Assembly (NCBI RefSeq): GCF_009914755.1
Contig: NC_060936.1
Length of the DNA: 64,000 nt
Strand: one strand, 5' to 3'
DNA from: the human T2T-CHM13v2.0 reference genome, Homo sapiens
Below are positions 60,225-64,000 of this stretch, piece by piece; positions within the stretch are counted from its first letter, which is position 1, and the number at the start of each line of letters is the position of its first letter. The position numbers were made by a program, and so were the translations under genes. The notes beneath the pieces are model-generated. The model saw nothing but the letters and a program-made list of their open reading frames with translations. It was not told the DNA's origin and did not search any database.

Positions 60225-63200
60225 GGCCAGATGTGGTAGCTCACGCCTGTAATCCCAGGACTTTGGGAGGCTGAAGTGGAAGGATGGCTTGGGACCAGGA
60301 GTTCAAGACCAGCCTGGGCAACACAGCGAGACCCCCGTTTCTATCTATTAATATTTACAAAAAAAAAAATTTATTTTATGGGAACATTTTAAGGTACCAG
60401 AATAGGAGATGAATACGGGAAAATAATCTCTTGGGCTAGAGTAGGATTTAGCGCAAGGGTTCTCAATTCTTGGCTTCCCATTAGAGCTTTAAAAAAATTA
60501 CAAAGCCCAGGTCCAATCCCAGACAAATTAAATGAAATCACAGCAGTTAGGCCCAGCTAAAAGCTCCTCACAAAACTGTATTTTGCATCTAGGGTTGAGA
60601 ACCATTAATAGAGTATTTTTGGTAGAGAAGGAAAACATGGCAAACTCTAATAACCACTGAATGAAAAAAAAAATTACCAGTTTTATCTTGTCTCACTTCC
60701 AAATTAACTCTATTGAGATGTCATAAAAGCGCACAAAAGGAATCAAAGAAATCTTCATATGATCTATAATAATGAAATAATAGAAGAAAAAGGCTGGGTG
60801 TGGTGGCTCATGCCTGTAATCCCAGCACTTTGAAAGGCTGAGGCAGGAGGATCACTTGAGGCCAGGAGTTCAAGACCAGCCTGGGCAAACTAAGGAGACC
60901 CTATCTCTACAGAAAATTAAAAAAAAAAAAAAATTAGGCATGTTATCTTGAGCCTGTAGTTCCAGCTACTTGGGAGGCTGAAGTGGGAGGATCACTTGAG
61001 CCCAGGAGTCCAAGGCAAAAAAAAAAAAAAAAAAGGAAAGGTCTCTTCATTATATTAAGGCTACAAATAAAATATGTAACCAGGATAAACATAGCAAGAC
61101 ACAAAGGGTTACAATGATCAACAAAATTTCTCTTAGGTATTTAAATTTGCCTGTCCCCAAAAGAGTTATTTAGGGTTTTTGATTGACTAAATCTATAAAA
61201 CAAAATGCTTCTCAGGGACTAGGCAGATGAGTGAAGTAATTCACTTAGGAATAGGACAATTCAATTTAGGAAAAGTGAACTATGTGTCATGACAAACAGA
61301 AATTATCTTGGAAGCAGTCTGTCCTGACCCTAGTCAAATCCATTCAGCTTGGCCCAAGGATCACTTCGGGAAGTGTATCCATTAGACAAAACTCTATGAA
61401 ATCTCTAACTAAATTTTACCTAAATAGTTTTTAAATGTAAGTGCTCTACAGTAGTTCAAAGAACAGCTAGAGGAAGCTACAGATTTTCAGTGCCTTTCAC
61501 TACAGAAAATAATGTTTCTCAGATAAATAACTTTATCATAGGAACAAAGCATCAGGGAGTCTATAGACAGATTATACTGATTCAAAGTATGAAGAGAAAA
61601 TTAAATGGCTAGCTAGAATAAAGACTGTAGTGGTGAGGTATATAAGAGATGCATTTGTTTATAATAAAGCTAAATTTTAAAAGTTCAGTCTGCAATTACA
61701 TGCGAAACTGAATACAAAGGACCTTTCTGGCGTATTAGATAGAATGCACAGATTTTTTTTTTTTTAAACCACAGATTTTTGAACCAGGAGGCGATGTCAC
61801 AGGGCAAGTAAAGCGCCTTTAGTTCCTGACAATATGCTACCTAAAACAATGTCCATGACTTCAGTACTCCATTTCCTAAAGTTCTGGAGATAAAGGTCTT
61901 GAATGGGAAAGAAAGAGGTAATTAATTAGAAATTTTAGCCAAACTCCAGTAACTTAAAAACAAAGCAAAACTGAGCAAAGCAAAACAGACTAGCCATAAT
62001 TAGGAGGACATATGCAAGTGCAGTTGCATTATCTTTAAGGCAAAAATCAACATAGGAAATAGGCTTGGTAATGGAATTAAAAATTTTGTACAGCAACATC
62101 ATTTTTAACATTCAATGAACATGGCTACAGGCTAAATGTACGTCTGGTATGGAATAGACACTGAGCAATAAAACCAATAACTATTAAGAAAATTACTGAT
62201 TTTACACCTCCCTGTAAGAACGATGCTTTTGACTATTTGCTGAACACTTATTATATAGTAAGCAACAGGAGGGATTAAAAGAAAGTCATTTCCAGATCTC
62301 ATGAAGTTTACAATCTAAGCAAGAAGATTAAGATGTATACCTCTACTAAAGATGAGGATCCCAACTATACATCTCCATCAATCTTTATAACTCAAATAAA
62401 TTATAACTGAAGTTTAGTAAAAGTCTTTAAGATGTCAGATAATTGGGCAGGGGTGTACATGGCTTTTTAAAATTCCACTTAATACTACTTAAATGAAGGA
62501 CTGATGTGCCATGGGAAAATAAATTTCTATATTGGCTTCTTGGGGGCAGGCAGAGAAGTTAGAACAAGGTCAGGGGAAATCAGAGGACCTGGAGGGAACT
62601 CTTGCCCTCCACCCTCACTCCTGTCACTTTCTAACCTTTTTTATGGTGAAGCATCACACCCAGAAAAGCACAAAAATGAATTATTACATATTTAATACCA
62701 CTCAAGTCAAGAAACAAACCAACCCCAGAAATCTTCCTTTGTGTCCCTCTCAATCACTACTTTCTCTCTCTCTCTCATTCTCCTGAAGGGAACCGCTATC
62801 CTGACTTTTATGACACGTTTTCCATCCAAGCACGCATCCTTAAATACTAGTTTGCCTGTTTCCTAAATTTTATATGCATTGAGTTATGTAGTTATTTTTT
62901 TGTGTCTGGCTTCTTTGACTCAATATGATTTGTGAGAATTATCCATGCTGTTTTATGTAGCTACAGCAGTTCACTTGTTTTCACTGTATGAATACAGTAA
63001 AATTTATCCATTCTACGGTTGACATTTGGGTTGTTTCCAATTTTTTGGTTATTACAAATGCTGCTGCTCTAGGCACTCTTGCACATGACTTGATGCACAT
63101 GTGACTGTATTTGCTGGATATATAACTAGGAGTGACACTGCTGGGTCCAAGGGTATTTATACTGTCACCTTTAGTAGGTAAAATGTCAAACTGCCTTCCA

Positions 63201-63380
63201 AAGTGACTGTGCTAACGCATGCTCTCCAGTAACGCAAGAGGGCTCTTTGCTGTTGCTGTGCATCCTCATCAGCACTGGGAATGGTCAAGGTTTTTAATTT
63301 TAGCTATTCTGGTGGTGGGCATGTAGTGCTTTTTCATTACTGTCTTCACTTTTACTTTTCTGCTTTCTAATGAGTTGAGT
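60225..63380. mobile_element. Repeats in SPPL3 intron 3: Alu monomer 60225-60370, MER5-like 60450-60605, Alu 60791-61034, old antisense L1 ~62640-63380
   Basis: Consensus motifs recognised by eye. Confidence 0.7.
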
Positions 63381-64000
63381 GCCATAGTTCCTGGCAGGCC
63401 TGATCAACTCTTCCTCTTACTTCCATGTGTTTCGAGTTGCCCAGATAGGTGGAACATTATTATAATCTGAAGTAATAATTACCCAGTCTTTTGGTCAAAT
63501 ACCCTAGGGCACCCTGCAGCGAGAAACTTTCAATTACAAACTGATTTCTCCATTTTTAAGTTCTGATTTTTTGGGGCATGAGTCACATGGCCCATCTAAC
63601 CCTCTGTTGAGTCTCACTTAATGCTTCTCCTTCTCCTAGCTCCTATTATAATCAAGGACAGTCAAATCATTTCTGACATATTCAAAGCATGTAATCGTAA
63701 GAGTAACCCTTCACCCACGTACCCCACCAATGATGCTGGCTACACCTACAACTTCTCCTGCTCTCCTATCTCTTTACAAATTCCTTGTTTCTTATTATTT
63801 TGGGAGTGGGCAGCTACAATCTTTTAAAAACTTCTGATTACTGTCTCCTTCAATCAGTCTGAAACACTCCTGACAAAATCTTAACACTAAATTTATACTT
63901 TCTTTTTCTCAAAACCTTCTCCCCAATTGTTCCACATTGTTAATCATCCAGGACTTCCATCTCCTTAGCACCTACACCTCTCTGTTTCTCTGTTCATCTT

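Overview
Human genomic DNA from the ACADS-SPPL3 locus (12q24.31, recognised from the proteins). The + strand carries the complete 10-exon ACADS gene (short-chain acyl-CoA dehydrogenase): ATG 1024, TGA 14569-14571, 1239-nt CDS, 412 aa, CpG-island promoter, AATAAA 15111. This copy encodes the common c.625G>A p.Gly209Ser allele and has an antisense SVA nested in an Alu in intron 2. The - strand carries SPPL3 exons 4-11 (GxGD intramembrane aspartyl protease) and a ~2.5 kb 3'UTR; exons 1-3 lie beyond the window. The intergenic space is mostly Alu, L1, L2 and LTR remnants. The exception is a largely repeat-free block at ~33.0-37.2 kb with an ordered chain of minus-strand splice acceptors and donors, short introns, protein-like frames broken by stops and frameshifts, and a terminal AATAAA. 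It is best read as a decayed multi-exon gene (candidate unitary pseudogene or lncRNA) just downstream of SPPL3, and is the most novel signal here. Repeat boundaries are approximate and were assigned by eye.
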